Shown here piece after piece: positions 36,074-48,500 of a stretch of 64,000 nt of DNA. A program made the position numbers and the translations under genes. Location: NCBI RefSeq assembly GCF_041956535.1, contig NW_027192215.1:160789-224788 (forward strand), read 5' to 3'. Origin of the DNA: Calcarisporiella thermophila CBS 279.70 (taxonomy: Eukaryota; Fungi; Calcarisporiellomycota). The notes beneath the pieces are model-generated. The model had not been told where the DNA came from and ran no database searches. It was given only the letters and a program-made list of their open reading frames with translations. Within the stretch, counting starts at the first letter, position 1. Each line of letters starts with the position of its first letter.

Positions 36074-37228
36074 ATGTCCCATCAATATTTGTTTGCAAGA
36101 ATATTCCTTCTATTTGTGTTTTTGGCACTTCTTTCTCCTCTCTCAGACGCTAAAGAGCGTGACAGTAAGAAGCAGAATAAAAAGAGCAGAAAGCATCAAG
36201 GAAAGAAAGACATTGGTGCTTTTATGGTAACTCATAATTGACTAATCTTCCTTACAATATGATATACTGATCAGTCTATCTTATTTAAGACCAATCCTCC
36301 TCCTCGCCTAGTCCCCGGAGATGATACCGATGATTTCAAGGAAGCACGCAAGCCTAACAAACGCGGAGTATGTGGGGGACTTGAGCCAAGCCAGATCAAA
36401 GCCATCTACGTTGAAGGAGGCATTATGCCAACAAACTGGGAAGTGGCTGAGAAGCTTCGCGGACCGTGCACTTTTGAGGTTTCAAAATCGGGCAAGGATT
36501 CGGGATTCCGTAAGCTCAAGATCATAAAAGAGTGTGCAGCACAGAAGGGCGAGAACAAGTTTGCACTTCGACTCCCCAAAGGTCTCGTATGCGACCATTG
36601 CGTTGTACGCTGGACATGGAAGCCTAAGAAAGGTGAATCTTATGTCAATTGTGCGGATGTTCGGATAATTAAGCGCTCCAAGGGAGTACCTGGAGATGGA
36701 AAGCACAAATTCGAAACCGACGATTTAGCTGGGCCTGAGGAAGAGCTCGACTCCGAAAAGGAACAGGGTGATAAGAATGCCCAAAACGAGAAAAAAGACG
36801 CCAAGAATGACAAAGCTGCTGAATCGGAAGATGAAGCTGTTCGCGAGCAGAAAAAGGAATCCCCCACCGCTAACGAAAAAAAAGGCATTGGCAAAGATAC
36901 CAAAACCAATAAGGATGCAAAAGAAACAGGCAAAGACGGCAAGCAGACCGAAAACGACACCACCTCTCCCGTGGTTGGAAAAACTGAGGCGGCTGAGGAG
37001 CCAGACTTTGTGGTTGAGAAGGAAACGGTTAGTCAGGCCCAAGTACAACCCGTTCCCTCGCAACCTGTCAACTCAACTGCGACCGTGCCTGAAGAACCGG
37101 CATTTACGGTTGAAAAGGATAGAGAAGGCGAAAAAGTCAAGCGTGAAGAGGACAGGACATTTAGGGGTATCGATCGAAGAAGGTTATTAAGAGGTCGGTA
37201 CATAGGCTTCAAGCGAACCCATCATTGA
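36074..37228 (+). CDS. Secreted LPMO-fold (AA11/AA15/AA16-like) protein lacking the His-brace, with charged low-complexity tail; 2 exons
   Basis: Signal peptide (..LLSPLSDA), intron 36227-36289, then GAFMTNPPPR...CGG...W...GPCTFEVS...F..L...C...LP..L.CDHCVVRWTW....ESYVNCADVRI. Confidence 0.7.
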
Positions 37229-37777
37229 ATCTCCTAGATTAGTCTCCCTCCACTCCCTTATTGAGTTTCTTTTACCCTTCTTTAATTCCTTTGTATATTT
37301 GTGCTTTCTTAAGGCAGGCCTTAAATGACTCTTCAAATATATTAGCCCAACCGGTGCCCGGTTGCCTTTCATGCTCTGCTCAGCGTCTTAGGGTTTTAAT
37401 TTCTTCAGGCGTTACAAAGCCATACCCATTTTTCTTCTTTTAAGGTTTTTGCACATGACCTTGGAAAAATGCCCCGAACAGACCGAGCAGCCCGGCCAAC
37501 ACCATGGACACATACATGTCGGCACATAGAAAAAGTTCGAGAGCGTGACACTCACACTCTCTCGTGACAGCTTCCGAGAAATTTAGTCTTTTTTTCTTTA
37601 TTTCGAGCGGGACAACCTAGTTTATTTGATGTCTTCTTTAGCTACTCTCTTTTCTTCTCTCGCATCGTTTCGCAATTCCTTCTTTCATTTAGCATTTGCA
37701 GGTTGAATTCCAAATGACAACACGAGAATCTACTCTTTCCAACACTTCTCAAAATCTCACTTCTCAGCAGCTATGTA

Positions 37778-38443
37778 ATGAGCCAATTCCAATACGAAAT
37801 GGCGATAAGCCGACCTACAAAGTGGCCTATAAGCAACTGCCGGAGACATTGCTTAGTAGGTGCCGTTGCGTATTACACCGAGAATTCATTTCCTCATAAT
37901 TTCTGGCTAGATTTCATCTGTGAATCAATATGGAGCATCCTCCGTTATCACCCGTCTTCTTATTATTCCGTGCCGAGGAAACTTCCCGGATTCCTGCACT
38001 ATGTGACGCTAATAACGCGACGTGCTCAGGTTAATAGAACACTTGCATTGGTCACCCTAATATATGTAGAGCGACTGAAGAAGAAAATGCCTAGTAATTC
38101 AGTGGGGGACTATGGTATTATAATGGATATATCGGTGCGAGGTACTTTTTCTAATTTGCTATTGTCATAAGGGTTTTGCCATAGGGTGTTTACTGCCAGT
38201 TTACTCGTGGCATACAAGGTACTCTACGGAGAAGACAGCTACCACACACCCACTACCCATGAGGGTCCCCTCCGCCTCTCAAGTGGCTCGCTGTCGGCAC
38301 TTACCAATAATTTATTCAGTCCGAGGGAAATTTCGCTGATGGAGCGCACTTTTCTACAGCTAATTGATTTCAATGTATGGGTCACAGAATTAGATATTCG
38401 GGAATTTGTTCGAATCAACCGAGAGGATTTGATTTTATGGTAA
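37778..38443 (+). CDS. Pho85-type cyclin (Pcl1/2-like); alternative start 37714 if 37775-37859 is an intron
   Basis: LPGFLHYVTLITRRAQV..TLALVTLIYVERLKKKMP...G|..HRVFTASLLVAYKVL...FSPREISLMERTFLQLIDFNVWV. Confidence 0.82.
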
Positions 38444-38689
38444 TCGCCGATCGTTGTGTCTATATATCAACCATTTGTATTATTGCTCTGTTTAATATCT
38501 GTAGAGTTTCCTATCAATTTTGACCAGCAATTCTTTATAAATAGCAGTAATAAATAAAAATTAATCAACAAAGGGATTACAATAAAACAGGGTTATAGCA
38601 CAAAGAAAAATGCAACGGAATATGGAAGTGAAAAAAAGTGTCCAAGAGAAGGATTCGGGAAGGAGGTAAATTGACCGAAAATTAGAGAA

Positions 38690-39366
38690 TTAACTTGATT
38701 CTATACTACATTTTTGTTTTAACTTGCTGGTTGAAGTTTTGGTTTGGCTCAACTTATAGACACTCAGCAGTAAAAATCGGGTCCAACTGGAGAATTTCTC
38801 TGGTGAAATATAGAGACGATAGTCGATTGTATCTAAGAATTCGTATTCGATCCGACATATCTCCTCCACTCCCAGTCCAGTTGCGGAAGACCATGCCGAG
38901 TTAGAGATATACTTGTCTTGAAGAAATTTATTCGATACAATCAGAGCCGCTAGAAACGCACGGCGCCCACATCGAAAGAACCTCGATTGTTGCTTCGAGA
39001 GAAGTTTTCTATGACAGCGGCAAATGTAAAAGAGGGCGGCTTGCAGAGTTGAATAAGATATGTATCCTCTACGCAATGTGAGCTCTATAAAATCATGTAG
39101 CGGAAGGCAAGAATTGGAGTGTTGTGGCCAGAATGAGGCGACAACGAAAGCAGCAATGTCTACGAAAACAGTTGTCTCAAGTTAAGACAGTTCGAAGAGT
39201 CATCTTTAGGATCTTTATTTTACTCACCTACTAATTTCGATGCAGATGGGTGTTCTGTGGAAGATCTTGACTGTAGTGAGGATCCGACCTTTTGGATCGG
39301 ATTATAACGATGCCTAGCCCGTTTAGTGTTGCGCGGTAAGGGTTGTGGAGAAGCAATAGTTTCCAT
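38690..39366 (-). CDS. Pho85-type cyclin (Pcl5-like), 2 exons
   Basis: ATG at 39366; LV|DIAAFVVASFWP..LPLHDFIELTLRRGYISYSTLQAALFYI...CGRRAFLAALIVSNKFLQD..SNSAWS..TGL...EYEFLDTIDYRL. Confidence 0.85.
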
Positions 39367-39675
39367 ATCAGTTTGCGAGGGTTATGCTGGACCAAAATAT
39401 CCTGTCGAGGGTATATATCTCAAACAGAAGCATATAAGTAAGGGGTATTTATATTAGGATCTATAATTTGTAATTAATAAGTTTGTCAGAAAGTAGAGGT
39501 GTTTCATAATATTAAGCATGATTTCTATCAAGTCGAATCTCCTCAATTAGTAACACAAAACACCTTGAATGACAAATGTTGCGCCACGCCTAGTCACGCA
39601 TGTTGATATTCGATGTCCGTATACTGAGGGAAATTCTCTCCTAAATTGGATCCGCGTAATTTCTCTACCTTGCTT

Positions 39676-41587
39676 ATGAAAATAATGTCGACGATTCGTA
39701 GAGAGCAATTTTCTTCAGACGCAAATCGCTTCGGAAATATTCCATATCAGGATGAGGAGTTCAGTACAATTAAGAAAACTTTGCAACGACAGCTTGGTCC
39801 CGAGTTTACTAGTCAACGCCCCGGACCAGCAGGAAGTAAGCTAATGATTATTATATGTTTTATACTAAGCTTAATGTCATATCTAAATTAGCCGGAAAAA
39901 TAACCTATATTGAGGGATGGAAGACAATAAATCTTGCTAATGAGATCTTTGGATTCAACGGCTGGTCTTCGAGTATTATTGATATAACAGTGGATTTTGT
40001 AATAGAGGATGCTCTTGTTTCTATTATTTTGCAATATAATGATCAAGTATATTTTTGGGCAGGTGGATGTCTCTCCGGATAAACGTGTATCCCTTGGTTT
40101 ATCGGTGATTGTTCGAGTTACCCTCAAAGATGGAACGTATCATGAGGTATGCCTAGCTTAACAGCCTTTCTATTCCGGATTCTTGTTATACTCGAGTCAT
40201 ATATAGGATATTGGCTATGGATCAATTGAAAATTCGAAGAGTAAGGCAACCGCATTTGAAAAGGTATACGAAATGATTTAAAAATTAGAGGTCATAAACT
40301 CACACAAATTTCAACTAAAAGGCCAAAAAAGAAGCTACAACTGATGCGTTGAAAAGAGCGCTCCGTACCTTTGGGAACGTGCTAGGAAATTGTCTCTACG
40401 ATAAGAAATATGTTAGAAACGTGCAAAAAGTTTCAACCCCAATGGTATTTTTATTGTACATTTTACTTTACATTAATAAAATATAACCTTTTATTTGTGT
40501 TAGGTCCCGTTCAATTCAAATGAGCTCTATCGTCACTGGGAGATGTCAACAGATACTGCAAATGCTAGCGTCAATAGGCCATTATCGCCTCAAAAAAAAA
40601 AGTCATTCTCTCCAGTAACTCGTAAGAAGAGCTTATCCACTGCGCAGACCGGACAAGAAAGTAATTATTCTTATAAAAGCATTGTGAATATTTATCCAAT
40701 TGACGATATTTTTTTGATCTACAGATATTTCAAACAACGTTGCTCAACCCGTCCGACAGATGCTTAAAACACAAGCAGCGTCATTGCGCCAAGATTCCAC
40801 TTCTACTCCTCTACAACCCCGACCTCCATCCGCGCCGCAGGCCCCCGTACCAACTACAAACTCAGTGCCACCGCTGGCAATAACCCCAGCGACTGCTTGT
40901 CTTTCACACCAAACATCTTCACAGAGTGAATATGGCGTGGAAGGTATTATATTTTTGTTATTTTGAAGTGTTTGTCATTTGACTTGATTTGCTATGCCTT
41001 GTAGACAAAGATGATGATATGTTTGTGTCTATTGCCGAGGTTTTTGAAGATGATCGTGGACTTTTCACGGAGACTCCCCGTTTTGCCGAGCATGAATTCG
41101 ATCAGTGAGTTAGGAATAATAATCATCGTTTCCAAAACGCGTCTAATTAAAATACTGGTATAGCATCGATCTTCCTATACAGGAGCCTGATATCAAGTTA
41201 AGCTCTGGCTCCTCCGATACCAACTCTGGAATTAAAGATGTACAGACAACATTTGCCAATGCATCTAGCTTAGCTAATATATCGCGATCACCCTCCCCTT
41301 CGACAAAATTGGATATTGTTACGACAACAGGTTGTGCTCAAAAGTCGAATAGTTTGATTTCTGAGCAAATCCTTCCGTTGGATACTGCAAGCAAACTGGC
41401 AAAATTTCGAGCACCTCCTGCGGTCTCTAGTGGCGTGAACCTGTTTCAGGTTGGAAATGGCCAGCAGCATCCACCTCCAGTGTCGAAAACCTATCCTAAA
41501 CGTTCAGCTGAATTGGAGCCAGTAGTTGCAAGCGAGGTACCGCCGGTCGATCTTTCCGATCCCAAGGCAAAGCGGTCCAAAACTTAG
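39676..41587 (+). CDS. RAD52: DNA repair/recombination protein RAD52, ~9 exons
   Basis: [89 protein letters not shown]. Confidence 0.95.
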
Positions 41588-42005
41588 CATCGTGCTCGCA
41601 AATTTAATAGAAGCTAATATGCAAGTTATGAAGGGGCAATTTTCATTGTTTTTATGTATATACACAATTAATGATTCAATATTCTCGATACTCGTTATTG
41701 TACTTTATATATATATATAAATATAAACTTTCTGCTGTAGTCAACTTCATCATTTTTCTAGTGTACATCTTCCCATCAGCTAGCAAAGAATATTGTGATC
41801 GTACGAAAATAAAATATATTTCGCAGGGGCAAATGATGCCATTGAATAATTGTATACAATGCTGAAAAAATATGATAATTTCAGAATATAAACTAATCAT
41901 TTCTTCTCCGCGATTTCTTTGCATAATAACTGAAAAAATATCGGATACTTTACAGGACATCTATTTGTTTTCAAACTTTTTTATAATGTTATTTTAGATT
42001 TCTAC

Positions 42006-42022
42006 TTTCGGCCAATCAAATT
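42006..42022 (+). promoter_or_regulatory. Extended CCAAT box TTTCGGCCAATCAAATT
   Basis: 83 bp upstream of ATG 42105. An identical 17-mer lies on the minus strand at 62882-62898. Confidence 0.55.
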
Positions 42023-42104
42023 ATAATATCAAAGAATAGCCCGTGGAGCAAAAATCCCCATTTCTCTTTCACTTTGCCACTTTTTATCTCGGAATTTGAT
42101 CATA

Positions 42105-42431
42105 ATGGATAAACAAAAGAGCAAAACAGGACCAAAAGAAATTCCTTCTAAGTCATTGCAACAACACCAACAACAAGAGCAACATCGACAACCTAAATAC
42201 CGTCGTCGTTCAACCGAAGAGCTATTGTCTGCTGTTCAATTGGACATGGATTTACGCAAAGAGAGGTAATTTTTAGAATCAGTTTTAATTTCTTTTAATC
42301 TATTTTAATGAGATGGAAATTGAATTAGATCCGGACCACATTCGTACGATAATCAGAAACACGCAGGTTGGAAGCCAGGGGCAACACGTTCACAGGACGA
42401 TGATAAGAGCAATTTGCCTTATTCAGAGTGA
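42105..42431 (+). CDS. Small hydrophilic hypothetical protein (87 aa), 2 exons; not in the ORF track
   Basis: MDKQKSKTGPKEIPSKSLQQHQQQEQHRQPKYRRRSTEELLSAVQLDMDLRKER|SGPHSYDNQKHAGWKPGATRSQDDDKSNLPYSE*. A canonical 63-nt GT-AG intron (42266-42328) keeps the frame, and a CCAAT box lies upstream. Confidence 0.65.
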
Positions 42432-42618
42432 TGATTTTGGGAATAACACTCAGGGCTGTACTGGTATCCTCTTTTAAATTTTCTAAAGTACTCTTTTTTT
42501 TAAAAAAAATTTTTTTGTGCTAATTTGTAAGTTAATGTATATTTTATTCAATCATCTCTTTCTTACTTATGTGTAATAAAAATTTCTTGTATATAACTTT
42601 TGTGAAGAAAAAGTAGAA

Positions 42619-43791
42619 CTATTTCTTAGCCTCATACGAGTAAAGACCTTTGCCTGTCTTTCGTCCCAAGTTACCTTGAGCAACTAAATCATCTAGAAGC
42701 TTCACTGGAGCAACGAGAGCTTCTTCCATTTTTCCACTTTGCCTCCAACCGTCAACAATAAATTTGAGAGTATCAAGGCCAACAAACTAATAGATAGAGA
42801 GTTAAAACATTATCTGAATATTGATGATCGTGTCATAAAGCTATGTATACATACGTCAGCTAATTCAAAAGGTCCCATGGGGTACCCAGCGCCTAATTTC
42901 ATTGCCGTGTCTACGTCCTCCATGGTAGCCTCCCCACGCTCAACCAGGCGAAGAGATTCCATCATGTAAGGGACAAGAAGTCGATTCACGATGAATCTGT
43001 AAACGATACATTTAAGGGAGCAAAAAGAGAGAAATTAAGTGCCTTTATGTAAAAATATGACTTCGACTAATATATACCCAGGGGTGTCCTTGCAAGCTAC
43101 GGGGACCTTTTTCATTTGTTTACATACATCCACCAACGTACTAAAAACCTCGTCTGAGGTATCTTCAGTACGCACCACTTCTACTAACTTCATTTGTGGA
43201 ACCGGGCTAATAGGGATTGTGATGTTTAGCGAACGAAAACCATAGAATAAAAACTTCAAATTAATACTTGAAGAAATGAAGGCCTGCGAACTTATCGCGT
43301 CTCTTAGTTGCGAGTGCTATGTCTCCGATGGGCAAAGATGAAGTGTTTGAGCAGAAAATCGCCGATGGTTTAGCAACTGCGTCCAGTCGCTTGAATAGCT
43401 CTCTCTTCAGTTCCAAGTTTTCGACTACTGCTTCTACAACAAGATCTGCGTCTTGCGCACTTTTTTCCGTATCAGTACTTGTCTGAATGCGCGTAAGAGT
43501 ATCTTGCACAAAATTATCTTGCTGCTGTTGCTGGTCAGGATGAAGTTTTCTTGCAATTCGTTGCAATGATGAGGTGATGGATTTCAACGCTTTATCTAGT
43601 TGTGGTTGCGCTAGGTCAACAAGTGTGACGTTAATCTTGTGTTGTGCAGCGGTTTGCGCAATTCCTGAGCCCATGAGGCCAGAGCCATACACCGTAAGAT
43701 TTTGCACGGGGCTCATTTTGCTGGAGTAGCTACGCGCCGTCAAGATTGTCTTGTTGATATTGAAAGATTTGTTAAAGAGCAAACGCGACAT
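42619..43791 (-). CDS. HADH: Mitochondrial short-chain 3-hydroxyacyl-CoA dehydrogenase, 4 exons
   Basis: Presequence; [94 protein letters not shown]. Confidence 0.94.
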
Positions 43792-44243
43792 CACAGTCTG
43801 ATTTATATATTTATTTTTCTAGTAAGCAGGTGAATAAGAAGAAGAAATCCTATCTGGTGGCCACGAAGCTTGGATTTAAAAACTCGAAAATATTCACCTG
43901 AAAGTTATCTCAAAGTTTCGCAAACTAACCTAACCTAAAGGGAGTAAAAATAAATCCGTTTTGTGTTGTCCCTTAATCATCAATCTACGAAAGGCTCACT
44001 ATTCACATCACTTTTTTTGAATCAAATCCCTATCGAAGATAAATATAATTTTACTACTCGTTTATACCAAGATTTTTTACACATCGACAGTTCTTTTTAT
44101 TTCTCTCTTCTTCAATCATATTGATTTTTTTTTTTTCCTTCTAAATTGGACATTTATTTTGTGTATTTATACTGTCTCACTTGCGAATTCCCATCACACC
44201 ATTGTGATTTCTGGCTTATCTTTGTTTTTCTCGTTAGGATCGC

Positions 44244-45173
44244 ATGTACATCATGCGATTTAAAACAATAAGCCTCGTTCTATTCTCGCTTTCCTTGCTG
44301 GCCGAGGTGAAAGGAGTTCCCTCCAGCCAGCAGCCTCCCAATTCACATAATGCAAACGTGGACGTTGAAAATGATCGGAGGTTAGTTGACTCTTCAAAGA
44401 AACCCGAAACCCAACATCAGCATGCGCCTATCCCTGTAACTCTAAATCTCACCATTGACCACGCCTCAAAAACCCACCAATCTATCCCAAATAATACTGC
44501 TGTTTCTGATAATAGCACTTTAAACGGGGATAATTCTCGTGACAACATCACCGCCCTTCACTCCCAGATTAACTACAAGGAAATTAAAGATGAAGCTGAT
44601 GCCCTTCATCAGTCCATTATAATTTTCTCATCCGTTGCAGGAGTAATCATAGTTGCCTGCATCATACTTGGTTCAGTGTTATACTATCGAAGGCATCGAC
44701 GGCGAAAACTGAAGGGAAAGAAACGAGCGCTTTCGGATCCTGATAACAGCCCTGACTCTGATAGGGAAGCATTATGCGAATCCACATCCAGCGTCGCTCC
44801 GCAATCGTCTATAAATCCTGGATCTCCTAGGTTATCTCAGGATGGAAATCGAGCGTTACATGCGTGGGTACGACAGAGTGCCACTGCTGAAGATCCTAGG
44901 ATGATATCACCTGCGCCGCGCCCTCGTATGCTTCGCGATGTTATTCCCCTCCAATCACTAAGATCTCTTTCTTTTATTTCCCCATCCGCTCCCTCTGCCA
45001 AAGAACTCGAGGTATTTGAATATGGACAATCCTCAACAACATCTATGGAAGCTCCTTATATAACTGAAGAGCCCCCTGCCTATACACCATCAGCACCGCC
45101 TCTCTATGAATTGGCTCGATCAGGTTCTTTAAATAATCGAATAAGCAATGACATAGTTGGTAGCAGGTTATAA
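44244..45173 (+). CDS. Type I single-pass membrane protein with cytosolic PSAP and PPxY motifs
   Basis: Signal peptide, ectodomain rich in N-glycosylation sequons, TM (IIIFSSVAGVIIVACIILGSVLYY) followed by RRHRRRK, and tail SPSAPSA...EEPPAYTPSAPPLYE. Confidence 0.8.
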   Translation: MYIMRFKTISLVLFSLSLLAEVKGVPSSQQPPNSHNANVDVENDRRLVDSSKKPETQHQHAPIPVTLNLTIDHASKTHQSIPNNTAVSDNSTLNGDNSRDNITALHSQINYKEIKDEADALHQSIIIFSSVAGVIIVACIILGSVLYYRRHRRRKLKGKKRALSDPDNSPDSDREALCESTSSVAPQSSINPGSPRLSQDGNRALHAWVRQSATAEDPRMISPAPRPRMLRDVIPLQSLRSLSFISPSAPSAKELEVFEYGQSSTTSMEAPYITEEPPAYTPSAPPLYELARSGSLNNRISNDIVGSRL

Positions 45174-45589
45174 CCACACATTCTTTTATGCATTTTGTTT
45201 TATTTTTCATATTCTTATTATCTCTGCTCACCTTTTTTTTAGATCCCTAAATATAATGTAAAAGCAAATAAACAATCGGTTTTCAGTATGCATTGCTCTT
45301 CAGTTCCAATGAAATATCTCTGATCCAACCTTTGGATGCCAATTACTTTTTCAGTTTTATTCTTTATATTATCAAATATATTCAGAACCACATTAGAGAA
45401 TATACTTTATTATCCTTTTAGATATGAAATAGGATATGAATACATTAGGCCACTGCTTTTATGCTTTTTTCATCAAAATAGTAAATTTTGTTAGCCAAAT
45501 TAAGTCGATTCATATCGTACTAAATCTATATATTAAATTCAACAAACCGCGTAGCTAACATTGATTTTATTCATGATTAAAATGAGAAT

Positions 45590-48500
45590 ATGATCCAGGC
45601 ACTTCCACAACAGCAACAAGAAGAAAATTCAAGCACAGAAACTTTACTTCGGCGCCTTTTCGAGGAGACCGCAATTTCTGCAAGGTCTACACATCCATCC
45701 TCGCAAGAGCACCAGGAAGTCGTTCGACAATATTGTCTTTTAATCGAGAATGTAGTGCGTGATTGTTTAGTTCCATTATGCGATTCCGGCGGTAAGTGAT
45801 ATAAATCTCGTCAAAAATTAGTCCAAGGCTTACTATTTATGCTTATTTTGATTTAATCGCTTTTAGCTGAAATTTCGGAAATTGATCTAGCTCAAGCCAG
45901 AACTGCACTTCGGCTTATCGAACACGCTTTTACGCGCATGTCTGATGTTATTGTGCGTGCTCCTGCTCCAACGCAACACTCTTCTCAAATAGTTAGTCAA
46001 AAACAACAGAACGAAGTTGGACGCTTCAATATATGGGTGCTTGGGCATCTTCTTCCTGTCCTTTCCCGCGCCAATCTTGCCACTCTTCATGCGCAGACTT
46101 CACGAGCTGCATCTATCGTTGTTGGAGCACTAGGAATTCGCCTGCCGAATCTCTCAACACTCCGAGAGGTAGTTCAATCCATGTTAGGGGTTATACATAG
46201 TGTAGGAGCACTGGTCCAACCTAGCGAAAGCGATAAAGAAGATAATTTTCCATTGGACGTAGACTTGTTTGCAGGACATATGCTTACCGTGGATTCAAAA
46301 GCTGAGGCAATTAATCTGTTTGGCTATTTAATCGAGATTATGGTGGACGTATTCGAACGAGAACGTTTCTTGAGCGGAATATATGTGGAAGCGTGGGTGG
46401 TATTACTGAAAGCGGTTGAATGGGGAATAGAGTTGGAATGGGGTTCCCCTCTGCTAAATGTGAGCCAGCCCAATTATATTCATATTTGACAGGCATATAT
46501 TTACCAATCCTTTACAGGTGATTTTTCGTTGCATTAACAGACTTTTCTTGCTTGAATCGCTGCAAAATGTCGCTATATTTGACAGGGTGTATTGTGCAGT
46601 GATATCAACTGTATTCTGTTATGTATTTGACGAGGAGAGGTATGTGGTAAATTCTCTCCACACGAATAGCTTTTACTAATGCCTCCTAATTTAGGCATGG
46701 GACCTTTCCTGAGCTTGAAGAAGCAATTGGCCAATGTTGGCTCAAGACCTTAGAGTGCGTTAGTGAATATCAGTTGTCAACCATGGCTGATGTTGTGCAG
46801 GCTATCTTACTATCACCCGCGTTTAAAGAGATATACGATGTCAATATGAAGGTGCGGTTGAAATTCCTTATTTATTATAGAAGTGATCATTCTTTTAATA
46901 AATTTCACGCTTTTGAAATTACAGAGAGCGGCATTTTTATCACTAGAAAACCATATGGGTTCAACGTCAAATTCTCGTGATATGTTGTGGATACTTGTAG
47001 AATGGCTGAGTGTTCGACCAGTACGGGACATTGTTATCCGATGTCTAAGAGCATTTCTTCGAATATCACTGCAGGATGAGGCTAAATTACAAGAAAATGT
47101 AAGCTCACTGCTCTACCCATATTATAGATACAATTCATACTAATGTTTATTAATTAGAGCCCGCAATCTGTTAAGCGCGAAGGAAGTACTATCGAAAATG
47201 AACCTCATAAAAAGAGGGCTAAGATAGAGGAAGTCTCAACTGAAAATGACAAAATGGAGATTTTTGACGATGAGAAGGGGTAATCCTTATACTAACATTG
47301 CAAGGCTTTTGTCAACAATTGATATTAATTTTCATTTAAGGACAACTGTACAAGATTCCACATTGAATCGAGAGCAAATGGTAGCAACAAGGGACGTCTT
47401 TAGCCAACTTTTAATGCAAATTACCACTGCTGAAGTACATCAGGTGATTTTTTTTTTGCAATACCAATCAATTGCTTAGGATAACATTTTATGCATATTT
47501 TATCTCACGAATAGATACCTAACATATCAAGAATGTTGAGACTAGACGGTGTTATTACCGCAACTGCTGGTCTATTGACAAACCCAGTTCATCACGAGGG
47601 ACTGCAAAATAATTTACAATCAACTTTAGGATATTTTATCTCCTACATTCTGAAGAGCTCACAGCGAGTAATTTTTTCGAGCACATCCATCATTGTTCTT
47701 TAATTCTAATCACCTTTCTATTACTTATAGAACTCTTTAAATTTCTCTTACTGCAAAGAGGGAATGGATATCCTGTCCAATTCTATCAAATCCTTGGTAA
47801 TCGCCAAAGGTATTTTTTTTTATTTTCTATTTCACTGATTACATTTCAATTTTATCAATACTATACAAATTGCCTCAATTATTGACAATTAGACTACTTT
47901 CTTTTGGATGAAATGGAGGAAGAAATTACCTGTCTATTCTGTTTACCATGGCTTGGCATTTTCAAACGGCACTCACGCGAATCCCCCCCTATTCCAGCCT
48001 CGACTATAATAGCGATATACGCTTCGCTTTTTCCAAATTTAGAAGAAGACGATGTTTTTTCTTCAAAATTTGAAGTATTGGCTGATCTCGCAACTGACTA
48101 CATTCCTCTTTTGGCGTGCCTTCCCTTTCCTAAGTTTTGGCCTGAAATACGATTTCACCTATTTGCGCTAGCACTTACTCCTTTATTTGGCGAAAAAACG
48201 CGGGCAACGGCATGGTGCTGGCTACCTGTGATGTATTCACGAACCCAAAGTTTTCCGAGATGGAAATGCATAATAGATGAGTCCGCAAGGTAATGATTCC
48301 TTAACTTTTATTTTGAAAGGACGCTGTTTAATACTTTGTTGAATAACTCTTAAAGGGTAACAATAGATGACCCATTAAATTGTCTCAAAGCAGCTGCGGA
48401 AAATTTAGGCAAATTTGCCTGTATTAAAGCCGACGCCTTATTAATAAGTGAAATAGAGCCCGCTAGAGCTGTTGAAAAACATACCCCTCTCCATTTCGGT

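Noticed and set aside
41671-41960. Overlapping 64-94 aa ORFs after RAD52
   Set aside because: AT-rich 3'UTR/intergenic sequence with a TA microsatellite and no coding signature.
42464-42472. GTATCCTCT resembling a U12 donor
   Set aside because: It is in a 3'UTR, is imperfect, and has no matching branch site or acceptor.
47280-47340. ATR intron donor GTAATCCTT resembling a U12 donor
   Set aside because: The extra A makes it a normal GTAAT U2 donor, and there is no U12 branch site near the acceptor.
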